Assembly (NCBI GenBank): GCA_947478395.1
Contig: CANJVR010000002.1
Span: forward strand, 256,001-320,000
From: Opitutia bacterium
Lineage (GTDB): Bacteria > Verrucomicrobiota > Verrucomicrobiia > Opitutales > Opitutaceae
Reading direction: 5' to 3'
DNA: 64,000 nt
Shown here: positions 21,307-32,117 of the stretch, in pieces
Layout: the number at the start of each line of letters is the position of its first letter
Position numbering within the stretch: position 1 is the stretch's first letter
The notes under the pieces: model-generated
Seen by the model: only the letters and a program-made list of their open reading frames with translations
The model's database searches: none
Told to the model about the DNA's origin: nothing
Position numbers and translations under genes: made by a program

Positions 21307-22485
21307 ATGTCTCCGGCCCTTCCGCTCATCGTGCACCTCGATGCGGACGCATTTTTTGTCGCCTGCGAACAGGCGCTTCGGCCCGAGTTGCGCGGGACTA
21401 AATGCGCCGTTGGCGGCACCCAGCGTGGAATCATTTCGTCGGCCAGCTATGAGGCTCGAGCCTGCGGCGTTTACACGCCGATGCCCACGGTGTCCGCGCG
21501 GAAAATATGCCCGGACCTGATTATGATTCCCCACACCCGTGGGCTCTACGGCACCGTGTCACGGCAGATGTTTGACCGATGCGAAAGCCTGACGCCCGTT
21601 GTGCAGCGCAACTCGATCGACGAAGGCTATCTTGATTTAGGACCGTGCGGTCTGCGGGATTTGCAAGCGGTGGAAATGGCCGTCCGCGGGTTGCAGGAGA
21701 AGATCTGGGCTGACCTAAAAATTACCGTTTCGATGGGCATAGCGGCGAATAAACTGGTGGCCCAGATCGCGAGCAAATTGAGCAAGCCTCGCGGGTTTGT
21801 CGTGGTGCCGGTGGGTGAGGAGGAGGAATTTCTCGCGCCGCTGGGCATCGGCAAGCTCCCGGGCATCGGGGCGAAAGCGGAGGCCGGACTGGACGCCCAA
21901 GGGTTTCGGCTCGTGGGCGATATTTTGACCCGGAACGAAGGTGATCTGGCCCGGGCGTTTGGTGACGGATGGCGTGAAGTCGTTGCGATGGCCCGGGGCC
22001 AAGATACCCGCCCGGTTGAGATGACCGACGAAGATGCGAAGAGCTACTCACAACAGGAAACGTTTCACGAGGACCTCGGCGATTTCGCGGCCGTGGCGCG
22101 CATTGCCAAGCGCATGGTTGACGAGCTCCTCGCTCTGGTGAGAGCCGATGGCAAGCGGGTGAAGACGATCACGGTGAAAGTGCGCTACGGCGATTTCACC
22201 CAAATGGCGCACGGCCGGAGTCTGGCAACTGCGTCAGATTTGGAAGTGCGGTTTTATCCCCTCGTGGAAACGCTGCTGAGGGAGGCGTGGACCCAGCGCC
22301 GCAAGCTACGGCTGGTGAGCGTAAGATTTTCGGGAGTCGAGCACGGGGCTGAGCAGTTGGAAATGTTCAACCAGTCCGACGAGAAACGGCGAAAGCTGGC
22401 GGCCGTGTTGGACCGGATGAATGCCGGAGAGAAAAAGCCGCGGGTCCTGCACGGCCATCAGCTTGGGGCAGAAGAGCCATCCTGA
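21307..22485 (+). CDS. dinB: DNA polymerase IV (Y family)
   Basis: VHLDADAFF, SYEAR, SIDEGYLD, KP.G and the clamp motif QLEMF. Confidence 0.93.
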   Translation: MSPALPLIVHLDADAFFVACEQALRPELRGTKCAVGGTQRGIISSASYEARACGVYTPMPTVSARKICPDLIMIPHTRGLYGTVSRQMFDRCESLTPVVQRNSIDEGYLDLGPCGLRDLQAVEMAVRGLQEKIWADLKITVSMGIAANKLVAQIASKLSKPRGFVVVPVGEEEEFLAPLGIGKLPGIGAKAEAGLDAQGFRLVGDILTRNEGDLARAFGDGWREVVAMARGQDTRPVEMTDEDAKSYSQQETFHEDLGDFAAVARIAKRMVDELLALVRADGKRVKTITVKVRYGDFTQMAHGRSLATASDLEVRFYPLVETLLREAWTQRRKLRLVSVRFSGVEHGAEQLEMFNQSDEKRRKLAAVLDRMNAGEKKPRVLHGHQLGAEEPS

Positions 22486-22534
22486 GCCGGCGTGAGCTTG
22501 CGACGCGGCGGTAGCGGACTAACCCGTTAGGCGC

Positions 22535-23086
22535 ATGCCGATCTACGAGTACTACTGCCAGGACAACCACACGGTTTATCAGTTTTATGCGAAGACGCTG
22601 GCGCAGGGCCGCACGGTACCGAAATGCCCGGACAATCCGAAGTACCGCATGGAAAAAATGGTGTCGGCATTTGCCGTCACATCGGGCGGAAAAAAGGGTG
22701 ACGAGCCTCCGCCGTCGCCAGCCGCAGCCAGTGGTGATTCAGCGGAAGACGCGCGGATGGAGGGGGCGCTGGGCGCGATGGAGCGGGAATTTTCCTCAAT
22801 CGATGAAAACGATCCGCGAGCGATGGGGCGCATGATGCGGCGCATGGCGGAATTATCTGGAGAAAAAATCGACGGCGAGATGGAGGCGGTCGTGCGCAAA
22901 CTTGAGGAGGGAACTGATCCAGATTCGCTGGAGGAACAGCTCGGCGGTGAAGCGACTTCCCCCTTGGAAGATCCTGATGCCGGAGCCGGTGCCCCGCCGC
23001 CGCCAACGCAAAAAGAAGCCCGCGCACGATGGAAGGCGCGGCGCCGCACGCCGACGCGGGACCCGAAACTTTACGACTACGAGTGA
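22535..23086 (+). CDS. FmdB-family zinc-ribbon-like regulatory protein
   Basis: MPIYEYYC start and DENDPRAMGRMMR C-terminal module. Confidence 0.7.
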   Translation: MPIYEYYCQDNHTVYQFYAKTLAQGRTVPKCPDNPKYRMEKMVSAFAVTSGGKKGDEPPPSPAAASGDSAEDARMEGALGAMEREFSSIDENDPRAMGRMMRRMAELSGEKIDGEMEAVVRKLEEGTDPDSLEEQLGGEATSPLEDPDAGAGAPPPPTQKEARARWKARRRTPTRDPKLYDYE

Positions 23087-23163
23087 AGCCCTCGCGTCGC
23101 GTCCCACCTCAGGCAGTGGATTTATAAATTAGATTGAGGCAGAACGCGGATTGCCGCGCATTC

Positions 23164-23979
23164 ATGCCGATGCCATCGCCCGACCTCCTGAATCGAATCG
23201 AAGCCGCGAAGCGCGCCGTCTCGGCGCAAACCGAACTCCTCCACCGCGAGTTTGGCCGAGCGGAGAGCAAATGGAAGAGCGACGGTACGCGGGTGACAGC
23301 CATCGATATCGCGATCTCGGAAAATATTTTTAACGAGCTCGCGGCTCTGTTTCCGGCGGATCAATTTTTCAGCGAGGAACTAGCGAACACCGATGCGGCG
23401 ATTCCGGTGATATCACGGTTTTCATGGGTGCTCGATCCGATCGACGGCACGAATAACTTCGCCCTGGGCATTCCCCATTGCGCGATCTCGCTTGGCCTGT
23501 GTGAAAACGGCACGCCGGTCTATGGCGTGGTGTACGATTTGAGCCGCCGCACCCTGATGCACGGCGGGCCTGAATTCGGGACGTTCGACGGCGAGCGGCG
23601 CGTCAGCGTTCTGAACATTGCGCCGCACGCGGAGAGCATCGTGGGCTTTCACCGTCCGTTCGACCCTGCGCTATTGCCCGCCTGCAATGCGGTGCTCGGT
23701 CAGTTCAAGATCCGCGGCTTGGGCAGTGCCACGCTGCACCTGGCTTACACCGCGGTCGGGCTGTTCGACGGCTGCGTAGACTTTAACGTCAAAATATGGG
23801 ACCTCGCCGCGGCGATCGCCCTCCTGCGCGGCGCGGGCGGCGAGATTCGGTTTCTCAACGGCGAACAACTGCCGATGCGGACTTTCGATCTGAAAATGGG
23901 CCGGATCGTCTACATCGCCGGAGGCCCGCTTGCACTCGCGCGGCTGGCGGAACTCGTCGCATTCCCGTCGAAAAGCTGA
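23164..23979 (+). CDS. Inositol monophosphatase family protein
   Basis: SEE, WVLDPIDGTNNF and WDLAA motifs. Confidence 0.9.
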   Translation: MPMPSPDLLNRIEAAKRAVSAQTELLHREFGRAESKWKSDGTRVTAIDIAISENIFNELAALFPADQFFSEELANTDAAIPVISRFSWVLDPIDGTNNFALGIPHCAISLGLCENGTPVYGVVYDLSRRTLMHGGPEFGTFDGERRVSVLNIAPHAESIVGFHRPFDPALLPACNAVLGQFKIRGLGSATLHLAYTAVGLFDGCVDFNVKIWDLAAAIALLRGAGGEIRFLNGEQLPMRTFDLKMGRIVYIAGGPLALARLAELVAFPSKS

Positions 23980-24168
23980 TCCGGATTTTCTGGCGTGGAG
24001 CGCCGCAAAATCGGCTGCGGGCGGACGTTTCCAGCGTAAGGGAGGCCTTGAGAATTAGCTGCCGTTGGCCGTACCGAATGCGGTCAAACTACCAGACGAT
24101 TTCGCGCCGAAATGCTTACGCGTTCCGCGACGCGGGAGACTGGACGTCGGGCGATTAGGCCGGCTTGG

Positions 24169-25527
24169 TCAAACTTGGTACGTCTGCAACGGAACCGGAT
24201 CAAGGATCTTCGAGTTCGGCATCTGCGCGGTGAGTTGCTCCATGAACCAAGCCCTCGCGGCCGGATCGCCGTGGGTCAAAATCACGCTGCGCGCTTGGGT
24301 CTGAACGGAAAACTGAACAAGTTCATCGCGATCCGCGTGGCCGCTGAGCTCGAAGCGTTCGACGCGAGCCTTGATCTTCGTTTTTACGTTGGCGGTCTTG
24401 AAAAGAAAGGTGTCGCCCGGTGCGCATGCGAGCAGTTCGCCGCCCGGCGTCTCGGGATCGCAATAGCCGACAAATCCGATCGTGTTGCGGGCATTGCCGA
24501 GCAGACCTGAAGCGAGCGTGTAACTCGGCGTGCGTTCCACGAGCATACCCGAGCTAATGATATAAAGTGCGTTTTGACCGGGGTCCTCACCGGGATTCAG
24601 TTTCCGCGGAGTGGGCTTGATCTTGAGTTCTTTGATGATGCCGCGGTTGAAATTCACATGCTTCGTCTTGCGGCTGATCTCATCGAGGTAGTCCGCGAGA
24701 TCCATGCCGAGGCCCGAGGCGAAGATGGGGCAATCGACCAGCTTCCCGAATTTCCGGGCGTCGTGGATGATCGCGAGCACTTCCTGCATGCGGCCGAGCG
24801 CAAACACCGGGATCAGAAAAGAACCCCCGCGCTGGATCGTGTCGTTGATGCTGGTGACAAGGCGGATCATCTCTTCCGACCGGCTTTTCCCGGGCGCGCG
24901 TTCCGTCGTGCCGCGGGTGGTCTCGGTGACGACCGTATCGAAGTGACCGGCGGGAAAACGGGCGCCGGGTAGCGTGCGTTGGTCGGTGAAGAGCACGTCA
25001 CCCGTGAAAAAGATGCTGCGGTGCTTGTGGTGAATCTCGACGCCTGCCGCCCCGGCAACATGGCCGGCGGGATGGAAGATCAGTTCGATTTCGTCTTTGC
25101 CGCCGCTGAACTTTTTCGCGTGGTTGAAATTCAACCCGACCATGCGTTTGCCGCAGCGGTCAATTTCTTCGTGCGTAAAAAGCGGGTAATCGGGAATGTT
25201 GTTCTCCTCGCGCTGCCGTATCATCACGTTCGCGGAATTGTGCAGCATCCGTTCGATCAGCATGCGGCTGGAAGTGGTCATCACGACCGGCGTGTTGGGA
25301 TGCTCGCGCATGACGACCGGTAAGCTACCGATATGGTCGAGATGGCAGTGCGTGATGATGATCAGATCCAAATTTTGGCCGCGCAAAGGGCTCAGGTCGG
25401 GCGAGGCGCCGCGGCCAATTTTTTTTGGATTCAAGCCGCAATCGATTAGAATCCGGAGATCTCCGAGCTGAATAAATAGGGAGTTGGCACCGATCCCGCC
25501 GTCGCGGTTGAGGTCTGTTAGCTTCAT
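24169..25527 (-). CDS. MBL-fold beta-CASP ribonuclease-like protein
   Basis: [29 protein letters not shown] and SGHAD motifs. Confidence 0.85.
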   Translation of the reverse strand: MKLTDLNRDGGIGANSLFIQLGDLRILIDCGLNPKKIGRGASPDLSPLRGQNLDLIIITHCHLDHIGSLPVVMREHPNTPVVMTTSSRMLIERMLHNSANVMIRQREENNIPDYPLFTHEEIDRCGKRMVGLNFNHAKKFSGGKDEIELIFHPAGHVAGAAGVEIHHKHRSIFFTGDVLFTDQRTLPGARFPAGHFDTVVTETTRGTTERAPGKSRSEEMIRLVTSINDTIQRGGSFLIPVFALGRMQEVLAIIHDARKFGKLVDCPIFASGLGMDLADYLDEISRKTKHVNFNRGIIKELKIKPTPRKLNPGEDPGQNALYIISSGMLVERTPSYTLASGLLGNARNTIGFVGYCDPETPGGELLACAPGDTFLFKTANVKTKIKARVERFELSGHADRDELVQFSVQTQARSVILTHGDPAARAWFMEQLTAQMPNSKILDPVPLQTYQV

Positions 25528-25587
25528 GAACGGTCCAGAGAGAACGAGAAGACGGTCGAGAACGAGAACCAATTTTTTCCTGCGAAA

Positions 25588-25983
25588 TTAGCCGGGCGGC
25601 GGAGGCGGCACGCGCATTTCGAACGACGGCACCAGGACGTGAATCTTGCGGCCGAGCTCGTCAATGCCGTGAAAGCTGCCGTGCGCGACGGCATCGCAGC
25701 CCGTCACATGGTAGCTGTTGTAGGAAAATTCTTCGCCGACCGCGAGGCGCGGCGTCTCGCCCACAATCTTGTCGCCTTCGATCACGAGCCGAGAACCGTC
25801 CGCATGCTCTACGACCCATTTACGGCCGAGCAGCGTGACGGCGTGGTCCGCCCCGTTGCGAATCGTGACGAAATAAACGAAAGCGTGCGGTTTGTCGACG
25901 GGCAGACTCACCCCGGCGTGATGGTACGCGAGTTTGTCCAAGCGGGCAGTCAGGCCAGGAAGCGCATGCGAAGAACAGGACAT
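25588..25983 (-). CDS. apaG: ApaG domain protein
   Basis: [31 protein letters not shown]. This is the 3' part of the long listed ORF 25588..27033. Confidence 0.8.
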   Translation of the reverse strand: MSCSSHALPGLTARLDKLAYHHAGVSLPVDKPHAFVYFVTIRNGADHAVTLLGRKWVVEHADGSRLVIEGDKIVGETPRLAVGEEFSYNSYHVTGCDAVAHGSFHGIDELGRKIHVLVPSFEMRVPPPPPG

Positions 25984-26091
25984 GCTCGCAAAGAGAACTG
26001 GGAACGGCTTTCGGGCAAGCGCGGCGTGCAGCGCGCCAGAAAACGCTTCGGGCTTGCTGCGCGCCGGACGGCTGCGCACAAACGCGTTTCC

Positions 26092-27648
26092 ATGGCTAAA
26101 CTGGCTTTGCTTTCTGTTAGCGACAAACAAGGTCTCGTCGAATTCGCCGCCGCCTTGGTGCGCAACCACGGGTACACGCTGCTCTCCACGGGTGGCACGG
26201 CGAAACTGCTCGCCGAAAAAGGCCTTCCCGTCACCGAGGTTGGGCAGCACACGGGCTTTCCTGAAATCATGGAGGGTCGCGTGAAGACGCTGCACCCCAA
26301 GATCCACGGTGGCCTCCTCTGCCGCCGCGATAAACCGGAGCACCTCGCCCAGGCGGCGAAGAACGACATCGCGCTGATTGATCTGGTCGTGGTGAACCTC
26401 TATCCGTTCGAGCAAACCGTCGCGAAGCCGCACGTGGAATTCGAGGAGGCGATCGAGAACATCGATATCGGCGGTCCTTCCATGTTGCGCAGCGCGGCTA
26501 AGAATCACGAGAGCGTGACGGTGGTTTGCGATCCTGCCGATTACCCGGCGGTGCTCACGGCGCTGGCGGCCGGCGAGGGGAGCGAGGCGTTGCTCGCGTT
26601 GCGACGGAAGCTCGCGTTGAAAGTGTTTCAGCGCACGGCGAGCTACGACGGAGCGATCGCTAAATATCTCGAGGCGCAGGCGACCGAGCCGGATTTGGAA
26701 ACGCTCAGCGGATTTCCCGCCACGCTTTCGCTCTCGTGGAAGAAGGCGCAGAGCCTGCGCTACGGGGAAAATCCGCACCAGCAGGCCGCTTTGTACGGGA
26801 CGTTCCACGAACACTTCGAGCAACTCCAGGGCAAGGAACTGAGCTATAATAATATTTTGGATATCACGGCGGCGACGTACCTGATCGGTGAATTTGAACG
26901 GCCGACGGTGGCAATTTTGAAGCACACGAATCCGTGCGGCGTGGCGAGTGCCGAGACCTTGATCGAGGCGTGGGACAAAGCCTACGCGACCGACAAGCAG
27001 GCGCCGTTTGGCGGCATCATCATCGTGAATCAAACGCTCGACGGTGCCCTAGCGGCGGCGATCGCGGAGATTTTCACGGAGGTCATCATCGCCCCGCGCT
27101 TCAGCGACGAAGCGCTCACCATCTTCGGCAAAAAGAAAAACCTGCGGCTCATGATCGCTAAAGGCGGCATCGGCGCCGATGCGTTGCAGGAGATTCGCTC
27201 GGTGGTAGGCGGCGTGCTCGTCCAAGATCGCGACCGCACGCTTGGCAACGTCCGCGAATTCAAGGTCGTGACGAAGCGTGAACCGACGCCGGATGAATGG
27301 GCGGCTATGATGTTCGGCTGGAAAGTCGGGAAGCACGTGAAGTCGAACTCGATTGTTTATGTCCGGGGCGAGCAGACGCTCGGGGTGGGAGCGGGGCAAA
27401 TGGCCCGCGTCGACAGCTCCCGCATCGCGGTCTGGAAGGCCGGCGAAGCCAAACTTGATTTACGCGGATCCGTCGTGGCCAGCGAGGCCCTGTTTCCTTT
27501 CGCCGATGGCTTGATCGCTGCGGCCGACGCCGGAGCGACGTCCGCCATTCAGCCCGGTGGATCGGTGCGCGATGCGGAAGTGATTGCGGCGGCCGACGCG
27601 CGTGGGATGGCGATGGTGTTCACGGGTTCCCGGCACTTTAAGCACTGA
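26092..27648 (+). CDS. purH: Bifunctional AICAR transformylase / IMP cyclohydrolase
   Basis: [37 protein letters not shown] and RHFKH motifs. Confidence 0.95.
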   Translation: MAKLALLSVSDKQGLVEFAAALVRNHGYTLLSTGGTAKLLAEKGLPVTEVGQHTGFPEIMEGRVKTLHPKIHGGLLCRRDKPEHLAQAAKNDIALIDLVVVNLYPFEQTVAKPHVEFEEAIENIDIGGPSMLRSAAKNHESVTVVCDPADYPAVLTALAAGEGSEALLALRRKLALKVFQRTASYDGAIAKYLEAQATEPDLETLSGFPATLSLSWKKAQSLRYGENPHQQAALYGTFHEHFEQLQGKELSYNNILDITAATYLIGEFERPTVAILKHTNPCGVASAETLIEAWDKAYATDKQAPFGGIIIVNQTLDGALAAAIAEIFTEVIIAPRFSDEALTIFGKKKNLRLMIAKGGIGADALQEIRSVVGGVLVQDRDRTLGNVREFKVVTKREPTPDEWAAMMFGWKVGKHVKSNSIVYVRGEQTLGVGAGQMARVDSSRIAVWKAGEAKLDLRGSVVASEALFPFADGLIAAADAGATSAIQPGGSVRDAEVIAAADARGMAMVFTGSRHFKH

Positions 27649-27725
27649 GTACGTCTGCGGGTAGGCGTCGGCCCGTTCGCATATCGTTTGTGGTTTGGGT
27701 GCGAAGGCTTCTAGTTACTAACCAT

Positions 27726-29819
27726 ATGAAAACTTGGCTGGTTTTTTTCGGTTCGTTGATGATTCCGGCCCTGCTTGTCGCGGCGCCGCTCAAGACATTG
27801 GAGGAATTTCAAAAAACGGCCGCGCCGTTTCATGCGGAAATTCGTGTGCCGACGTTTCCCACCACGCCGAAACAAATCGAGGCCGACAAGACGGCCGCGA
27901 TTCGCGCCGGTAATGCGGCTCTCGATCAGATCGCGCGTCAGGATCCGAAGAAGCTCACTCTCGAAAGCACGTTCGGTGCACTGGATAATCTGTACTACAA
28001 CGTGAACCGCGCGGCAGGCGTGATCGACTTCGTGCAGCAGACTAACCCCACGCGCGCCGTGCGGGACGCGGCGGAGAATGCCTCGAAGGCGCTGCAAGCA
28101 TGGACGATCGGGGTTCTTTACCGGAGCGACGTTTACGCGGCGCTGAAGGCTTTCGCCGCGACCAAGCCGGAGTTGACTGGTGAAGATCGCCGCCTGGTTG
28201 ACGAGACGATGCTCGACTACCGCCGCGCGGGCCTCGATTTGCCCGGCGCCGAGCGCAAACGGGTCGAAGCTCTGCGTAAGCAGCTCTCCGGGCTCGAGAC
28301 CGATTTCAGTTCAAACATCGTGAAGACGAAGCTGCCGATGGTATTCACCAAGGCGGAACTCGCCGGCGTGCCTGACGATTTTCTCAATTCGCCTGGCGTT
28401 AAAACCGGCGCCGACGCGTACACGATTCTCATCAACGTCACGCCGCAGCGGTTGATGGTGGAGACCAATTGTTCCGTGGCAGCGACGCGCCAACGCGTGA
28501 CGGCCGCCGAGTACGGCCTGGCCCAAAAGACCAACGTCCCGCTTTTGAATAAGATCGTCGAGCTGCGGGCGGACATCGCCCGCAAGCTGGGCTACGCTTC
28601 CTGGGACGATTATCAAATCGAGGAGAAAATGGCGAAAAACGGGGCGACGGCGAAGGCGTTCATCCAGAGTCTGGTCCATGACATTCAGCCGAAGTTCGAG
28701 GCGGAGATCGCGACGATGCAGCAGCTGAAAGCCAGCGAAACACACGATCCCGGCGCGAAGATCGAACTGGCGGATTGGCGCTATTATCAAAATCAACTGA
28801 TGCGAAAAAACTACTCGATCGATACCGAGGCGTTGCGGGTGTACTTCCCCTACGAGCGCGTGCTGCAGGGCATGTTCTCCATCTACCAGTCAATCTTTGG
28901 TCTGAAATTCGAGCAGCTCCAGGCGCCGTATTCTTGGTTCGATGGCGTCACGCTCTGGGCGGTAAGCGACGCGCGCACGAATGAACCAATGGGCCTGTTC
29001 TATCTCGACATGTTTCCCCGCGAAGGAAAATACAACCACTTCGCGCAATTCAGCATCCAGCCGGGAACTCGCTTGGCGGATGGCAGCTATTTGCGGCCGA
29101 CGGTCGCTCTGCTTTGCAACTTTCCGCCGCCCGCGAACGGCGCGCCATCGCTGCTAGATCACCGTGAGGTGGAGACGCTTTTCCATGAGTTCGGACATTG
29201 CATGCACTCCATCCTTACTCGCGCCAATCGTGGCCGCTTCTCGGGCACGAATGTGCCGGGCGACTTCGTGGAAGCGCCCTCGCAAATGCTGGAAAACTGG
29301 ACCTTCGATAAGGCGGTGCTCGACACGTTCGCCGCGGATTATCGCGACCCATCGAAAAAGATTCCCGCGGAAATTATCGGGAAATTGAAAGAGGCGCGAG
29401 TCGCGACGATCGGCACGACCTACCGCCGGCAGTTTTCGTTCGGGTTGCTCGATCTCGCGCTGCACGGACCGCGTGCGACCGGGGCGCGCGTCGATGCGCA
29501 GACGGAAACGAATGCAATTCTCAGCGATGTATTTTTTCCCGTGGATAGCCGCACCGCATTCGTGGCGTTCTTCGGGCATCTGATGGGCTACGACGGCGGC
29601 TACTATGGCTACGCGTGGGCGGATGCCATTGCGGCGGACATGGCGACGGTCTTTGAGCAATCGAAGGGCGGTTATCTTGACCGGGAGACGGGCATGCGGC
29701 TGCGCGACGAAGTCTATGCCGCGGGCAGTGCGCGCGATGTGACCGAATCGATCGAGAAATTCCTCGGCCGGAAACAGTCCAATCTGCCGTTCCTGAAAAC
29801 CCTTGGCTTGGGAAATTAG
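27726..29819 (+). CDS. M3A family oligopeptidase (thimet oligopeptidase-like) with signal peptide
   Basis: FHEFGH zinc motif, DFVEAPSQMLENW and YYGYAWA. Confidence 0.9.
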   Translation: MKTWLVFFGSLMIPALLVAAPLKTLEEFQKTAAPFHAEIRVPTFPTTPKQIEADKTAAIRAGNAALDQIARQDPKKLTLESTFGALDNLYYNVNRAAGVIDFVQQTNPTRAVRDAAENASKALQAWTIGVLYRSDVYAALKAFAATKPELTGEDRRLVDETMLDYRRAGLDLPGAERKRVEALRKQLSGLETDFSSNIVKTKLPMVFTKAELAGVPDDFLNSPGVKTGADAYTILINVTPQRLMVETNCSVAATRQRVTAAEYGLAQKTNVPLLNKIVELRADIARKLGYASWDDYQIEEKMAKNGATAKAFIQSLVHDIQPKFEAEIATMQQLKASETHDPGAKIELADWRYYQNQLMRKNYSIDTEALRVYFPYERVLQGMFSIYQSIFGLKFEQLQAPYSWFDGVTLWAVSDARTNEPMGLFYLDMFPREGKYNHFAQFSIQPGTRLADGSYLRPTVALLCNFPPPANGAPSLLDHREVETLFHEFGHCMHSILTRANRGRFSGTNVPGDFVEAPSQMLENWTFDKAVLDTFAADYRDPSKKIPAEIIGKLKEARVATIGTTYRRQFSFGLLDLALHGPRATGARVDAQTETNAILSDVFFPVDSRTAFVAFFGHLMGYDGGYYGYAWADAIAADMATVFEQSKGGYLDRETGMRLRDEVYAAGSARDVTESIEKFLGRKQSNLPFLKTLGLGN

Positions 29820-29903
29820 GAAGGCCGGGGATGCACGAATAACGGCGTTCGCTCATGCGGCGATAAGTTCGCGGTAAGATTGTTTCATGGGGCGCTTTTC
29901 CGA

Positions 29904-29932
29904 TTGGCGCACGCTGGCGATTTGAGTACGTT
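29904..29932 (+). promoter_or_regulatory. Putative leaderless sigma70 promoter of the M20 peptidase gene
   Basis: TTGGCG-17 nt-TACGTT, ending 5 nt before ATG 29938. Confidence 0.4.
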
Positions 29933-29937
29933 GGGAA

Positions 29938-31314
29938 ATGTTCGATCCCGTCGAAAAACTTAAGGAATTCATTCGCTGTCCGTCGGTCTCCGCCGACTCG
30001 AAATTTCGCGAAGGCATGCGCGGGGCCCAGGAATTTGTGGCCAATCTGCTCGGTGGCATGGGCTTCGCCGTCGAAGTGGTGAAGACGGATTTGCATCCGA
30101 TCATTCTCGCGACCCGCGGGGGCGATGCGAGCTGGCCGCATGTCGTGATTTACGGCCACTACGACGTGCAGCCGGCCGATCCTCTGAGCCTTTGGACGAC
30201 GCCACCGTTTGAGCCGACGATTCGTGGCAACCGCATCTTTGGTCGTGGTGCGGCGGACAACAAAGGGCCGCTAATGACGAACATCACCGCCGTCGCGCGT
30301 CTGTTGGAAGCGAATCCAGCGCTGCCGCTGCGGATCACCTTTCTCGTCGAAGGCGAGGAGGAGATGGGCAGTCCGAGTTTCCCGAAATTTCTTGAGGCGC
30401 GTCGAGCGCAGCTCAGCGCGGCGGATTTTGTTTACCTATCCGACACGGCGCTGCCCAATGAACAACAGGTCGTGCTGACCTGCGGGTTGCGCGGACTCGC
30501 GCTATTCGATGTGCAGATCACCGGGGCGAAGGGCGATCTGCATTCCGGGCTGCACGGCGGTGTCCTGCTTAATCCAATTCAGGCCCTGGCGGAAATCATC
30601 GCGACGCTGCACTCCCCCGATGGACGGGTCAACGTCCCGGGTTTTTATGATGACGTCCTCGACGTGCATCCTTGGGAACGCGAGGAATTGAAGAAACTCG
30701 GGGCTGACGAAAAAAATTATGCAGAGTTTTTGGGCATCGATTCGTTTTACACGATGCCCGGTTACTCGCCTTTCGAGGCGGTGCGATTCATGCCCACGCT
30801 GGAGTTTAACGGCATCGGTGGCGGCTATCAGGGCGAGGGCACGAAAACCGTGATCCCGAGCAAGGCCTTCGCCAAGATCAGCTGCCGCCTCGTGCCGAAT
30901 CAGCAGCCGGACAAGATCAAGAAGTTGGTGATGGATGCGATCCGGGCGCGGACGCCGAAAGGGGTGAAATTGGAGTTCGTCGACCAGCATAAAGGCGATC
31001 CTTACGTCGTGGTGCCGCCGGGGCGCTCGAATACGCCGCCGGATCAATCGCCGGTATTGGCGCGGGCTTTTCGTGCGGCCGATGCAGCCGTAACCAAGAT
31101 TTGGGGGCGGCCCCCGCTGTATCTGCGCGAAGGCGGAAGCGTGCCAATCATCGCGGATATCAAGCGTGTCACGGGACTCGATTCGGTCATGTTCGGTCTG
31201 TTTTTGCCGGAAGATAACCTGCATGCGCCGAACGAAAGCTTTAATCTCGATGTCATGCAGAAAGGGATCGAGACCACCCAGTGTATGTTAGCGGCGTTGG
31301 CGGCGGGGAAGTAG
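29938..31314 (+). CDS. M20 family dipeptidase / metallo-hydrolase
   Basis: YGHYDVQP, GRGAADNKG, EGEEE, DLHSG and HAPNE motifs. Confidence 0.9.
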   Translation: MFDPVEKLKEFIRCPSVSADSKFREGMRGAQEFVANLLGGMGFAVEVVKTDLHPIILATRGGDASWPHVVIYGHYDVQPADPLSLWTTPPFEPTIRGNRIFGRGAADNKGPLMTNITAVARLLEANPALPLRITFLVEGEEEMGSPSFPKFLEARRAQLSAADFVYLSDTALPNEQQVVLTCGLRGLALFDVQITGAKGDLHSGLHGGVLLNPIQALAEIIATLHSPDGRVNVPGFYDDVLDVHPWEREELKKLGADEKNYAEFLGIDSFYTMPGYSPFEAVRFMPTLEFNGIGGGYQGEGTKTVIPSKAFAKISCRLVPNQQPDKIKKLVMDAIRARTPKGVKLEFVDQHKGDPYVVVPPGRSNTPPDQSPVLARAFRAADAAVTKIWGRPPLYLREGGSVPIIADIKRVTGLDSVMFGLFLPEDNLHAPNESFNLDVMQKGIETTQCMLAALAAGK

Positions 31315-31427
31315 GCGCGCGACTGTCGGAACAGCGCGATGCTTTAGAGCGCTTTCGGTTAAACCGGCCCGGTACGCGCTCGGGAAATCTAAAAAAGCGG
31401 GCAGAAGCAGCGCGCCACTTAGGAAAT

Positions 31428-31456
31428 AAAAAGCCCCGGTCTTGCGACCGGGGCTT
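31428..31456 (-). terminator. Rho-independent terminator after the pal-like gene
   Basis: AAGCCCCGGTC/GACCGGGGCTT hairpin with an A run on the + strand side. Confidence 0.75.
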
Positions 31457-31484
31457 GGTGGTTCGCGCAACGCGGCGCGCAAAA

Positions 31485-32048
31485 TTACTTCTGGGCTTTG
31501 ATGATCACGAGTTCGACGCGGCGATCTTTTTTCATCTCGTCGTCCGTGCCGCTCTTCTTGGATTCTTCGCTGCCTTTGGAAAGGGTTTCGAGTTTGTCCG
31601 CCGCGACCATGACCGTAGTGAGGTATTTTTTCGCTGCATTGGCGCGGCGATCACCGAGGCCGAGATTATATTCTGATGTCCCGCGCCAGTCGGCGTGACC
31701 TTCGAGGAGCAGGCGCTGCGTCGGATTTTTCGCGAGATATTCCTTGGCCGCGTCGAGTTTCGCGCGTTCAGCGGGAGAGATGCTCGACTTGTCGAACTCG
31801 AAATATACGGGCTGCAGAAGACCGCGAATGGTGTGGCCATCATCGATCGCTCCGTCGGGCAGACGATTTTCGAGACCCAGCGACGCGTCGGGCGCACTGG
31901 AGACGTCAGTGGGGTTAATATTTCCGCCGGTATTCGGACCGATGAGCGTCGAGCTCGGATCGGGGCGAACGGGTTTCTTAGTACAGCCCGTGAAAAGTGC
32001 CGCGGCGCTGAGGGCGATGAGGAAAAAAGACTTCGGGACGAGTTTCAT
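31485..32048 (-). CDS. pal: Peptidoglycan-associated lipoprotein (OmpA family)
   Basis: Lipobox FTGC, VYFEFD, EGHAD.RG..EYNL.LG.RRA and DRRVE motifs. Confidence 0.85.
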   Translation of the reverse strand: MKLVPKSFFLIALSAAALFTGCTKKPVRPDPSSTLIGPNTGGNINPTDVSSAPDASLGLENRLPDGAIDDGHTIRGLLQPVYFEFDKSSISPAERAKLDAAKEYLAKNPTQRLLLEGHADWRGTSEYNLGLGDRRANAAKKYLTTVMVAADKLETLSKGSEESKKSGTDDEMKKDRRVELVIIKAQK

Positions 32049-32117
32049 GGAGGATCAATTAGTAAGACGTGAAGGAAACCTTTGGGCCAAGCTTTTTGGG
32101 GCGGCAAGGGTTTTGTT

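Noticed and set aside
25588..27033. 481-aa ORF read as an ApaG fusion, and a 669-aa N-terminally extended purH
   Set aside because: These are mutual read-through artefacts. The real genes are divergent apaG (start 25983) and purH (start 26092).
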